Source of the DNA: an uncultured Chthonomonadaceae bacterium
GTDB lineage: Bacteria; Armatimonadota; Chthonomonadetes; Chthonomonadales; Chthonomonadaceae
NCBI GenBank assembly: GCA_963835065.1
Contig: CAWIEK010000039.1
Location: forward strand, 61,244-125,243
Direction: 5' to 3'
DNA length: 64,000 nucleotides
Shown here: piece by piece, positions 49,565 to 59,360 of the stretch
Numbering within the stretch: position 1 is the stretch's first letter
Layout: each line of letters starts with the position of its first letter
The notes under the pieces: generated by a model
What the model was told of the DNA's origin: nothing
What the model saw: the letters and a program-made list of their open reading frames with translations, nothing else
The model's database searches: none
Translations under genes and position numbers: made by a program

Positions 49565-51844
49565 ATGATAAAAGCCAAACTACTACAACAGGCGGGAGAA
49601 GCGCGCGGACGTGAAGTGGTATTGTTCGGCGTTACGGTAATCGGGCGCAGTGAAAGGGCCGACCTGGTTCTGGACGATGAGCGCGCGTCACGGCAGCACG
49701 CCGAGTTGCGCCCGGACGGTGACGAGTGGCTTCTGGCAGACCTCGATTCCAGGAACAAGACGTTTCACAATGGCGTTCCCCTGGTTCCCCGCGCCCCGGT
49801 TCGCCTTAAAAATGGCGATCTTATTCGCATCGGGGACTCCGAATTTCGGTTTATATGCGAACCTGCCGCAAATAAAGCGCCTTCCGCAAACAAAGCCTCA
49901 TCCGCAGGCGACTCGCCCACGCAGGTCGTTCGCCTCAAACCCCTGCTCACCGTCGGGCGTGACTCGGACTGCGACATCGTTCTTGATCTTCCCTCCGTTT
50001 CCCGCCGTCACTGCCGGATTGTGCAGAAGGGAGAGGCATTCTGGCTGGAAAACCTTGACAGCCGCAACGGAACCTTTCTCAACGGCGTTCGCGTCACCGT
50101 GCCCGAACCGCTTGCCAAGGGCGCGGAAATACGCATCGGCCTGAACGTCTTCATTTTTCGCAACAATACGCTGGAACATTTCGACCAGAACAGCGCAGTA
50201 CGCATAGACGTTACCCAATTAAGCCATACCGTGCAGAAGTCCGGCAAGCCGCTCCGCCTTCTAAATGATGTTCACTTCACCATTCTGCCCGGAGAGTTCG
50301 TGGCGATTGTCGGCGGCAATGGGGCGGGCAAATCCACGCTGCTCAAAGCTATGACCGGCTTCCGTCCTGCCTCGGAAGGCAGCGTTCGGCTCAACGGCGT
50401 GGAGTTCTACACGCATCTGGAACTGTTTCGTACCGCCATCGGTTACGTGCCGCAGGACGACATTGTTCATCAGGAACTGACCGTTGGGGCGGTGCTGTGC
50501 TATGCCGCGCAGTTGCGCCTGCCGCCCGATACGGGCGCAGCGGAAACCGAGAAGCGGATTGACGCAACCCTGCGCGAACTGAAAATGAGCGCTCTCAAGG
50601 ATGCTTTTGTTTACAATTTGAGCGGGGGAGAGCGGAAGCGGGTCAATATCGGGGTGGAACTGCTCACGCGGCCAAGCCTGCTGTTTCTGGACGAACCGAC
50701 ATCAAGCCTCGATCCGTTTGGGGAAAATGAGGTCATTGAACTGGTGAAGCGGCTGACCAAAGAGGGCCGTACCATCATCATGGTGACGCACTCGCCGTCT
50801 ACCATCGTGAAGTGCGACAAGCTGCTGTTTCTGGCAAAGGGCGGGCGTGTCGTGTTTTATGGAACGTACCAGGAAGCGCTGGAATTTTTTGAAGTAACCG
50901 ACTATGCGGACGCCTACGGGAAAGTTCAGAACACGCTATCGCCGGAGAAATGGGAGCAGAAGTTTCGCGCCTCGCCCTACTATGGCCGCTATATCCGGGA
51001 ACCCCTGTCAAACGTGCCGAAATACCGGCATGGCGAGACAATGGTGGTAGCGAAAAGCATGGGCGTGGCGCAGGCGCAAGCCTCCGTCTCGTGGCAATTC
51101 GGCCTGCTGGCGCGGCGGAATCTGGAGATACTGCGAGGCGATAGTCGCAACGTAACGCAGATGCTGGCTCAGTCGCCGATTATTGCGCTGCTGCTGATTG
51201 CAGGATTTCCATCCAACCTATTTAGTGATCCGAAATTGACGCTGAAGTGTCCGCAATTACTGTTTTGTATGGTGATAAGCGCAGTGGTATTCGGTATTCT
51301 CAACGCGGCGCGAGAAATCACCAAAGAAAGCGCGATATACAGTCGAGAACGGCTTGCCAACCTGCATCCACTGCCCTATCTTTTGTCAAAGGTGGCGGTG
51401 TTGTCAGGGGTGTGCGTGATTCAGACGGCGCTCCTTCTTGGTATTGTCTGCCTGAAGATAGACTTTCACCTTGAAAATGGCAAAATTTTCGTCTTCCTGT
51501 TGACACTTCTTTTGGCAACTATGTGCGGAATGTTAACTGGACTGACTATTTCAGCGTTTGCAAAGAACAATGATCAGGCCATGAGTTTGATTGCCGTGGC
51601 GGTGTTGTTGCAAATCATCTTTTCGGGGTCGATTCCAATCGAAGGGATAGGCCCAATCCGTAATCTCATGCCAAGTTACTGGGCTTACGGCGCGTTGGGC
51701 AATCTGACGAATTTACCCGGTATGAAATTTACAGACCCGCTTTTCAACACGCGCCCGGAAAAAGCGTGGGTCGCGCTGCTGGCGATTGGAGTGGCTTACG
51801 CGCTTTTAAGTCTGTGGCTCCTCAAGCGTAAAGAGATACGCTGA
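49565..51844 (+). CDS. FHA-FHA-ABC ATPase-permease fusion (Rv1747-like architecture)
   Basis: Two GR...SRxH...SRN FHA motifs; GGNGAGKST, LSGGE and LDEPT; ABC-2 membrane domain. Confidence 0.93.
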   Translation: MIKAKLLQQAGEARGREVVLFGVTVIGRSERADLVLDDERASRQHAELRPDGDEWLLADLDSRNKTFHNGVPLVPRAPVRLKNGDLIRIGDSEFRFICEPAANKAPSANKASSAGDSPTQVVRLKPLLTVGRDSDCDIVLDLPSVSRRHCRIVQKGEAFWLENLDSRNGTFLNGVRVTVPEPLAKGAEIRIGLNVFIFRNNTLEHFDQNSAVRIDVTQLSHTVQKSGKPLRLLNDVHFTILPGEFVAIVGGNGAGKSTLLKAMTGFRPASEGSVRLNGVEFYTHLELFRTAIGYVPQDDIVHQELTVGAVLCYAAQLRLPPDTGAAETEKRIDATLRELKMSALKDAFVYNLSGGERKRVNIGVELLTRPSLLFLDEPTSSLDPFGENEVIELVKRLTKEGRTIIMVTHSPSTIVKCDKLLFLAKGGRVVFYGTYQEALEFFEVTDYADAYGKVQNTLSPEKWEQKFRASPYYGRYIREPLSNVPKYRHGETMVVAKSMGVAQAQASVSWQFGLLARRNLEILRGDSRNVTQMLAQSPIIALLLIAGFPSNLFSDPKLTLKCPQLLFCMVISAVVFGILNAAREITKESAIYSRERLANLHPLPYLLSKVAVLSGVCVIQTALLLGIVCLKIDFHLENGKIFVFLLTLLLATMCGMLTGLTISAFAKNNDQAMSLIAVAVLLQIIFSGSIPIEGIGPIRNLMPSYWAYGALGNLTNLPGMKFTDPLFNTRPEKAWVALLAIGVAYALLSLWLLKRKEIR

Positions 51845-51902
51845 TCCTGAATTGGCTGTGAGCGGATACAGACGGCACGGACACCTTCCCCGGCTAAACC
51901 TC

Positions 51903-53222
51903 CTATCCTTTGATCCCGATGAACAGCAGCGCGCCCGTTTGCCGGTCACGGATGGCGTAGAAGAACGGGCGGTCGCAAAGGATATGGAATGGGGGTTGCG
52001 GATGGGCGGCAAGCCCGCGCGGCATCAGGACGGCGGTGGCGGCGGCGGCTTCCGTGCCCTGTTCGTTCACGTCCACGAACGTTTTGTGGACCACCTTGCT
52101 GATGTAAAGGGGATGGCGGCTCATTCCGGCAAAGTTGGCGGCAGGCTCGAACGCCAAATTCATGCCCATTTTCGTGAGGGGTTCCTTCAATTCCACGCCG
52201 AACTCGGCGCGGAAACGGGGCAGTTCCACAATGCCGGACTGTACATGCAGGCTTGTCGTCCACTTTTGCCAGTTTTCCGGCGTGGCCTGATGAACAATCG
52301 TGGTCAGGGCGGTTTTCGCGTTTGGCAGCAGCAGCAGCATATCGAGCCGTTCCCCGGCGTAGGGCAGGCTGACCATCTGGAAAGCCGTATCCTGATAATA
52401 GCCGAATTTGCCGTCCGTCTTCATCATCTGGCACATCTGCGCCGCGCCCCGCGCCGGGTGAAACGGCTTTTCCACCGTCTGCTTGCTGTCGAACGGCTTC
52501 TGCCACAGCCCTTTGAAGTAAACGGCGTTGACCAGCGCCGCCTCAATGCCCGCCACATCCTGCGCCGTAACGATCTGCGTGATCTTGTGGTTCGTGTGCT
52601 GCGATACCCAGGCGTTGATGGTTTGCGGAGCGCCATGCAGGTCGGAAATCTGCGCGCGGTAAAACTGCTGCGCGCGCTGTAAAAAGTCGGGGCGTATCTC
52701 TTCCCGATTGCGCAGCCACAGGGAGTTGGCAACATCCAGTTGCGGAAGGGGCGCGGGCGAACCGGAACCCGCTTGCGCAGGCGCAGAGGGGGAAGGAACG
52801 ACAGGCGGAGTCGCAGAATTGACGGCAGGCGGCTGAGAAGCGGCGGCGAAGCCGGCAAGCAGGCCGCGATTGGACTGGTTTAACTCGTCTAAACTCCATT
52901 GCTCCAGGCCAAGCGCCTGCGCCATGCCTGTCTGCGTCGGTCCCTGTGCGCCATTATAAGTCATTTGCAGCGCAAGCGCGATGCTGACGGGCGAGATACA
53001 GCCATTGACATTCGCGTCCGCTCTGAGTATTTGGTCGAACAGCCGAAAGCCAAACCGATTATCGGCATTAGCAATCAGGGTGATGCCGGAAGGGTCAACA
53101 CCTGCAGGCCGCGAAAATGGATGCATGGGCGGAGTTCCTTGCTGCGCCTGTCCCATTATCGGCGGCAACGCCAGACAACAAACGGCGCAAGCGGTTCGTA
53201 TTCGGCTGGATTGACAGCGCAT
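51903..53222 (-). CDS. Secreted serpin
   Basis: ISPVSI, NAVYFKGLW, LPRF, VNEQGTEAAAAT and DRPF motifs. Confidence 0.95.
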   Translation of the reverse strand: MRCQSSRIRTACAVCCLALPPIMGQAQQGTPPMHPFSRPAGVDPSGITLIANADNRFGFRLFDQILRADANVNGCISPVSIALALQMTYNGAQGPTQTGMAQALGLEQWSLDELNQSNRGLLAGFAAASQPPAVNSATPPVVPSPSAPAQAGSGSPAPLPQLDVANSLWLRNREEIRPDFLQRAQQFYRAQISDLHGAPQTINAWVSQHTNHKITQIVTAQDVAGIEAALVNAVYFKGLWQKPFDSKQTVEKPFHPARGAAQMCQMMKTDGKFGYYQDTAFQMVSLPYAGERLDMLLLLPNAKTALTTIVHQATPENWQKWTTSLHVQSGIVELPRFRAEFGVELKEPLTKMGMNLAFEPAANFAGMSRHPLYISKVVHKTFVDVNEQGTEAAAATAVLMPRGLAAHPQPPFHILCDRPFFYAIRDRQTGALLFIGIKG

Positions 53223-53340
53223 TTTGATAGACTTCCTTTTGGTTGAATTCGCATTATCGCGGCAGGAACCGGAGCGGTTCGGATTTCAACTTTGTGGGCG
53301 TTTCCAGAGCGAATCGGTTTTGGCCCAAAACGGCAATCCG

Positions 53341-53949
53341 TCAGGAAAGGTCTTGCCGCAGCATGGCAAGCAGGATACCGACGATCTTTTCCACGTTGCC
53401 GAGATAGTACAGATCGCTGTCAATCGTGGCGGCAGTTCCCCGAAGGCGCAAAAACTGCCAGTCTGTCCCGGTTGTCACCACGCCGTAAAGCGTGTCTATG
53501 GGATGTCCGGTCCTGTCATTGAATATCTGCGCGGCGATAAGTTCGGCAAAACACTGCGGGATGCCGCTGTTGATGTTCTCTTTTTTCGCTTCCACAATCG
53601 AAACGACAGGGGCCTCTACCTCTCTGGTCAATGGGGAAAGACTGAACAGGAAATCGCAGCAGCCGGATAGCCCGCGCGGAATGTCTACGTTGAATTCCAC
53701 GCCCGAAAAAAGATTGACCCGCTCCTGCATCTGCTCGTACACTTCGGCCAGAATAGGCGCAATCAAATACTCCGAGCGCGCTTTCTCCGTATTGCCCCGC
53801 AGCGCGAGTACCGTCTGTTTTTGCAGCGTTACGCGCAGCCAATCGGAGATTGCAGCGGGTGGCATGGCGGCAAAAAGCCCGGACTGCTCCGTGATCTCCA
53901 GATGGTACGCTTCTCTCAACTGCATTGCGGTAAACTGATTGTAAGCCAT
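53341..53949 (-). CDS. Stand-alone PD-(D/E)XK-like protein (MAYxxF...EKARSE family)
   Basis: EKARSEYLIAPIL, CDFLFS, IVEAKK, QCFAEL and YGVVTTG..WQF motifs. Confidence 0.8.
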   Translation of the reverse strand: MAYNQFTAMQLREAYHLEITEQSGLFAAMPPAAISDWLRVTLQKQTVLALRGNTEKARSEYLIAPILAEVYEQMQERVNLFSGVEFNVDIPRGLSGCCDFLFSLSPLTREVEAPVVSIVEAKKENINSGIPQCFAELIAAQIFNDRTGHPIDTLYGVVTTGTDWQFLRLRGTAATIDSDLYYLGNVEKIVGILLAMLRQDLS

Positions 53950-54285
53950 AAAATGGAATTCCTTCGGCTGTAGCGGAGCAGTCAAATCGGGATGGCTTAG
54001 TATACCCCGCGCCGCGCCTTTCGGTGTTCAAGAGCAAGTTTTGCGCCCGTCTCCCGTTCCTGTTCGGCAGCCTGCCGCCGCGCCTGCGCATGTTGGAAAG
54101 CGGCGTTCTGGAGACGATTGGCCGCGCGCCATAAATTATGCTGTCGCCGCAGCAGGAAACCAGGCTGTCAATGTCGAAAATCCCACAATAGCGCGTACAT
54201 TAACAGCGCCTGCCGCAACATAAACCCTGTGGATTTGGCAGCGGCAACAGAGTCGTACGCCGAATCCTGCGCAAAGGAAACCGCC

Positions 54286-56427
54286 ATGCTGCTGTCCGCC
54301 AGCCTGCTCTTCTTCGCCGCCTTTCACGGCAGCCTGCACCCATCGGTGAAACTCATGCCATCCATTCAAAATACGGTTGCTTCCACCACGCCTGCCGGCG
54401 AAGACAAACGCGCCGTCGCGCCGCCGCGCACACTCGACACGCCCCGCGCTTTCCCCACGCTTGCTGACCGCAAGGAATGGGAAGCCCGCCGCGCCCAAAT
54501 CCGCCAACAGGTACTCGTGTCCTGTGGCCTTTACCCCCTGCCGCCCAAAACGCCCCTGAAAACCAAAATCTTCGGGCGCGTGGAACGCGACGGCTACACC
54601 ATCGAAAAGGTGTACTTCCAAACCTACCCCGGCTTTTACCTGGCGGGTAATTTGTACCGGCCACTACAGGGAACAGGGAACAGGGAACAGGGAACAGAAA
54701 AACCAGTCACCAGTCACCAGTCACCAACCACTAACAACCCCGGTATTTTGATTACGCACGGCCATTGGGATGACGGGCGTATGGCGGACGGGCCGAATGG
54801 TTCCATTGCGGCGCGGGCGATTACGTTTGCGCGTATGGGGTGCGTGGCGTTTACCTATGACATGGTGGGCTACAACGACACGCGGCAAATTCCCAACCAC
54901 CGCGCGTTTGCGGCGGATCGGGAACACTGGCTGTGGGGCGTGTCGCTGATGGGCCTGCAAACTTGGAACAGCGTCCGCGCATTGGATTTTCTCGAATCGC
55001 TGCCGGACGTGGACAAATCGCGGCTTGCCATTACGGGCGAATCGGGCGGCGGCACGCAAACCATGATGCTTGGCGCGATTGACGACCGATTGGCTGCTGT
55101 GGGGCCGTGCGTGATGGTGTCGCACTCCATGCAGGGCGGCTGTTTGTGCGAAAACGCGCCGGGACTGCGCATTGATTTTTCCAACATGGAAATCGCCGCT
55201 GCCGCCGCGCCGAAACCGCAAATCATGGTGGGCGCAACGGGTGACTGGACCAGCACCATGATGACGGTGGAAGGGCCGGCAGTGCAAACCGTGTACAATC
55301 TGGAAGCCCACCCGGACAACCTGAAATACGTGATTTTTCCCTTTAACCACAACATCAACAAGACCAGCCGGGACGCTGTGTACCAGTTCTTCGGCAAAGT
55401 CCTCCTGCACGACCCGAACGCCGACCACTTTACCGAACCGCCGTATCAGCGCGAACCGGTTGCCGACCTGCGCGTGTTCCCGGACAATCAGCCCCTTCCC
55501 GCCGACGCCAAAACGGACGTTCAGCTCACGCAATACCTCAAAGAGTTGGGACAAGCGCAATTGGAAAAAGCAAAGCCGCATGACAAGCGCAGCCTGACCG
55601 CGTTTCAGAAAACGTACCGGCCTGCCTGGGAACGAACCCTGGAATTGAACTCGCCCACGCCCCGGCCAGCCATCAATTCCACGGAGAAAGCTACGCAGAC
55701 TCCTGAAGGGTATCTCATCAGTCACGCGCTTATCGGACGGGAAGGGTATGGCGAAAACATCCCTATCATCCGCATGACGCCTGCTAATTCATCGAATCAA
55801 GCCGTTGTTCTCCTTCATCCGCAAGGCAAGGCCGCGCTGATGCAGGCGGATGGTCAGCCGGGACTTCTGGTACGCGCGTTGCTGGCGAAAGGCCATACGG
55901 TCATTCTCCCGGATGTGTTTTTGACCGGCGAACGCGCCAATTCTACGATTTCCGCGTCGCGCCGCAAAGCGCGGGAAAACTTCGGCGAGTTCTTCACCAC
56001 CTATAACCGCACCGATTTGCAGGAGCGCGTACAGGACATCATTACCGTTTGCGCGTATCTGCGTGAGATGGACGGCAAGACAAGAATAACGCTGATGGGC
56101 ATGGAACAAGCGGGGATATGGGCGATGCTGGCTGCGCCCGCAGCGGATGCCGTAATTGCCGACGGCAATCAGTTGGATTTGACCAACGATGCCGCGCTGC
56201 TCACCGACGATTTGTTCGTGCCCTGCCTGCGCCGCATGGGAGATTTCCGTATCAGTCTGGCGCTTGCCGCGCCGCACCCTCTTCTGCTGCACAATATGGG
56301 CGCGAAGTTCACGCCTGTCGATTGGCTGCGCGACGTGTACGCTGGCATCGGAGCCGCGCCGAAACTGCAAGCCGCGCCCGAACGTCTGACGAATGATGCG
56401 CTCGTAAACTGGCTGACAACGCATTAG
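54286..56427 (+). CDS. Secreted two-domain alpha/beta hydrolase (acetylxylan esterase-like)
   Basis: HGHW, YDMVG and TGESGGG nucleophile elbow; GGCLCEN. Confidence 0.88.
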   Translation: MLLSASLLFFAAFHGSLHPSVKLMPSIQNTVASTTPAGEDKRAVAPPRTLDTPRAFPTLADRKEWEARRAQIRQQVLVSCGLYPLPPKTPLKTKIFGRVERDGYTIEKVYFQTYPGFYLAGNLYRPLQGTGNREQGTEKPVTSHQSPTTNNPGILITHGHWDDGRMADGPNGSIAARAITFARMGCVAFTYDMVGYNDTRQIPNHRAFAADREHWLWGVSLMGLQTWNSVRALDFLESLPDVDKSRLAITGESGGGTQTMMLGAIDDRLAAVGPCVMVSHSMQGGCLCENAPGLRIDFSNMEIAAAAAPKPQIMVGATGDWTSTMMTVEGPAVQTVYNLEAHPDNLKYVIFPFNHNINKTSRDAVYQFFGKVLLHDPNADHFTEPPYQREPVADLRVFPDNQPLPADAKTDVQLTQYLKELGQAQLEKAKPHDKRSLTAFQKTYRPAWERTLELNSPTPRPAINSTEKATQTPEGYLISHALIGREGYGENIPIIRMTPANSSNQAVVLLHPQGKAALMQADGQPGLLVRALLAKGHTVILPDVFLTGERANSTISASRRKARENFGEFFTTYNRTDLQERVQDIITVCAYLREMDGKTRITLMGMEQAGIWAMLAAPAADAVIADGNQLDLTNDAALLTDDLFVPCLRRMGDFRISLALAAPHPLLLHNMGAKFTPVDWLRDVYAGIGAAPKLQAAPERLTNDALVNWLTTH

Positions 56428-56520
56428 CAGGCAGGATTTTCCAGAGTTGGAGAAGAATTAGCCGCAAATACACGCAAATAGACGCGAATGGGGCAACGCC
56501 TAAACGATACCGGGTAGATA

Positions 56521-56669
56521 AACCCCCGTAGGGGCGCAATTTATTGCGCCCGCAACCTATGTTAAAGGGCATCTTGTGCGGGCTAAAGAACATTTTGATG
56601 CGGGCGCGAGGTGTGTTGCGGGCGCAATTGCCGCAAGCGGGCGCAATAAATTGCGCCCCTACGGGGGTT
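56521..56669. repeat. GTAG-family REP doublet (REPIN)
   Basis: Perfect 33-bp IR (56521-56553 / 56637-56669) with core GTAGGGGCGCAATTTATTGCGCCC. Confidence 0.85.
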
Positions 56670-56737
56670 ATTGTCTGTATAGTAAGGTGTTGGATGTAAC
56701 CTGATTTTTGTACGCCGGAACAATGGAGATTCCAGCC

Positions 56738-57508
56738 ATGAATATACAAGAAGCGTTGTACGAATTGGGAGTGCGCGACGATACGCTTTCCGAGCCGGAG
56801 AAGGCACAGTTAGACAAAGATGGATTTCTGCCCCTGCGCGGCGTTTTGACGCAGGAGCAGATTGAGGCTTTGCGGCGGCGGCAGGCGGAATTGCTGGCGG
56901 ACGAAGGCGACAACGCGGGCAAGGAAGTGCATCAGGAAGCGGGAACCGACCGGCTTTCCGACCTGATTAACAAAGACCCTATGTATCATATTGTGCTGAC
57001 CACGCCGCGCCTGCTGGCCGGAATCGCGCATGTGCTGGAAGGCGACTTAAAACTCTCGTCGCTCAACAGCCGCTCCGCCCTGCCCGGTCAGGGCTTGCAG
57101 GCGCTTCATGCCGATTGGGGACGATTGGAAACGCCCGGCGCGTACCAGGTCTGCAACAGCATCTGGCTGCTCGACGACTTTACGCCCGACAACGGCGCGA
57201 CCCGCGTGGTTCCCGGCTCCCAGGCGACCGGCAAAGCGCCCTCGGACGAAATGAAGGACCCGCGCGAAGCCCACCCGAACGAAATGCTGGTACAGGGCAA
57301 AGCCGGTGATGTCGTAATCTTCAACTCGCATACGTGGCACGGTGGTACAATCAACCGAACCGATAAGCCCCGCCGCGCCCTGCACGGCTACTTCTGCCGC
57401 CGCCACCATCCGCCGCAATTGGATCAGAAGAAGTACCTGCGCCCCGAAACCGCCGCGCAACTCAGCCTCGCCGCGCAGGTTGTGCTTGGCGTCGAAGGAG
57501 AGGATTAA
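56738..57508 (+). CDS. Phytanoyl-CoA dioxygenase (PhyH) family protein
   Basis: DGFL, LHAD, NGATRVVPGS, GDVVIFN..TWHGG and R motifs. Confidence 0.92.
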   Translation: MNIQEALYELGVRDDTLSEPEKAQLDKDGFLPLRGVLTQEQIEALRRRQAELLADEGDNAGKEVHQEAGTDRLSDLINKDPMYHIVLTTPRLLAGIAHVLEGDLKLSSLNSRSALPGQGLQALHADWGRLETPGAYQVCNSIWLLDDFTPDNGATRVVPGSQATGKAPSDEMKDPREAHPNEMLVQGKAGDVVIFNSHTWHGGTINRTDKPRRALHGYFCRRHHPPQLDQKKYLRPETAAQLSLAAQVVLGVEGED

Positions 57509-57710
57509 ACCACGGAGAACACGGAGGGGAACGGGAGAGAGGAGACAAGGAGAGAGGGAGACATACTTACCACGGATGGAACGGATAACGCGGATTAACA
57601 CGGATAAAGAGACGACTTCTGAATTTGATCCGCGCTTATCCGTTTCATCCGTTTGATCTGTGGTAAGTATTTCCCTTCTCCTCCCCGTGTCCCCCGTGTT
57701 CCCCGTGGTT
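57508..57710. repeat. Nested gene-less elements: outer (CACGGAG)n arms, inner (CGGAT)n arms at 57563-57670
   Basis: Outer left arm shares its first 20 nt with the GxxExxY TIR; inner ATACTTACCACGGAT / ATCTGTGGTAAGTAT. Confidence 0.85.
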
Positions 57711-57731
57711 CGAATATGTTTTGGAGGTTTT

Positions 57732-59150
57732 ATGGCGATTTTGGAACAGGAACTCATAGGTTTTGGCGGGGAGGATGCGCAGACGCGCATTGACCGCGTG
57801 GTGGAAAAGTACAAGCAGCACATCAACCCCGGCTTGGCGCGATTATTGCAGTTTGCCGGGTTCGGGGATGTGGAAGAATCGGCGGAGGATTGCGTCGTTA
57901 CGATGGTGTCGGGGGCGCAGTATTTGGATTTCGTGGGCGGGTTCGGCGTGTTTTCGTGCGGGCATCGGCATCCGCGCATTGTCGAAGCGGTAAAACGGCA
58001 ACTGGACAAAATGCCCCTGTCCACGCGCACGTTTTTCAGCGAACCACAGGTGGAACTGGCGGAAAAGCTGGCCGACCTTGCGCCGGGAGATTTGCAGTAC
58101 ACGTTTTATTCCAACAGCGGAACCGAAGCGGTAGAAGCCGCGCTGAAAATGGCGCGGATTGCAACGGGCAAAACGGATTTCATCAGCACACAGGGCGCAT
58201 ATCACGGCAAAACCCTGGGCGCGTTGTCGGCGACCGGGCGCGAAAAGTACCGGACGCCATTCGCGCCGCTTGTGCCGGGATTTACGCATGTGCCGTTCGA
58301 TGACGCGCAGGCGGTTGCAAACGCCGTTACGGAGCAAACGTGCGCGGTTATCATTGAGCCGATACAGGGCGAGGGCGGCATTATTGTGCCTGCGCCGGGG
58401 TATCTGGCCGAACTGCGCCGGATATGCGACCGGCACGGCCTGCTGCTGATTGCCGATGAAGTGCAGACAGGGATGGGGCGCACAGGCCGGATGTTCGGCG
58501 TTGACCATGACGGCGTGACGCCCGACATTCTGTGCCTGGCGAAAGCATTGGGCGGTGGCGTGATGCCGATTGGCGCAACGTTATCTAATCAGAAGGTGTG
58601 GGACGGCACATTCGCGCACAACCCGTACATTCATACCAGCACGTTCGGCGGCAACCAACTGGCCTGCGTTGCGGGACTGGCAACGCTGGACGTGATTGCG
58701 GACGAGAATTTAATAGTCCGCGCCCACGAGCGGGGCGAGCAGTTGATGGCGGGACTGCGGCAGGCGCAGCAGGCCGGGGCAGGCGCGATTAAAGCGGTGC
58801 GCGGTCAGGGCTTGATGGTGGGCGTGGAATTTGAAGTCAAGGATATGGCGGAACTGACGATCAACCTTCTGGCAGGCGAAGGCATCATCGCCGCGTACAC
58901 CCTCAACAACCCGAACGTGATCCGCATGGAGCCGCCCCTGACCATTTCCCCCGCGCAAATTGACCGCGCGATAAACGCCTTCGGGCAATCCGTAACAATC
59001 GGCGGCAAACCTGCTTTCCGGGCTAGAAGAAGAATAAGAAACCACTTCAACACGGCACAATCCAGTGTCCACAGGACAATTGGCCGCAGGCCTAACAACC
59101 GGTATTTTATATCTTACCGTTACCCATATCTTTTGACTGCCATGAGATAG
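57732..59150 (+). CDS. Class-III PLP aminotransferase, putrescine aminotransferase-like (true stop may be 59037 if there is an indel at ~59000)
   Basis: NSGTEAVE, YHGKT, EPIQGEGG, DEVQTGMGRTG, AKALGGG and HTSTFGGN motifs; GGAGG RBS. Confidence 0.92.
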   Translation: MAILEQELIGFGGEDAQTRIDRVVEKYKQHINPGLARLLQFAGFGDVEESAEDCVVTMVSGAQYLDFVGGFGVFSCGHRHPRIVEAVKRQLDKMPLSTRTFFSEPQVELAEKLADLAPGDLQYTFYSNSGTEAVEAALKMARIATGKTDFISTQGAYHGKTLGALSATGREKYRTPFAPLVPGFTHVPFDDAQAVANAVTEQTCAVIIEPIQGEGGIIVPAPGYLAELRRICDRHGLLLIADEVQTGMGRTGRMFGVDHDGVTPDILCLAKALGGGVMPIGATLSNQKVWDGTFAHNPYIHTSTFGGNQLACVAGLATLDVIADENLIVRAHERGEQLMAGLRQAQQAGAGAIKAVRGQGLMVGVEFEVKDMAELTINLLAGEGIIAAYTLNNPNVIRMEPPLTISPAQIDRAINAFGQSVTIGGKPAFRARRRIRNHFNTAQSSVHRTIGRRPNNRYFISYRYPYLLTAMR

Positions 59151-59301
59151 AAAATTGTCCATCAACTCAGGATGTGTCCGCGAACTCACCTTTTCGGCTC
59201 AAATGTAGGGGTGAATACAGCCATAAACACCCTTGAATCGGTGATGGCACACAGTTCAATCTCAAACTTATGGGTAACGGTAAGATTTTATATACCGGTT
59301 G
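59096..59301. promoter_or_regulatory. 33-bp inverted repeat pair upstream of the sugar-binding protein
   Basis: 59096-59128 versus 59269-59301, 30/33 complementary. Confidence 0.7.
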
Positions 59302-59360
59302 AACGCGGCAGTAGCATATTTAACCGGTTTGTCCATAAACTACTCAACGAGGATGTGACT

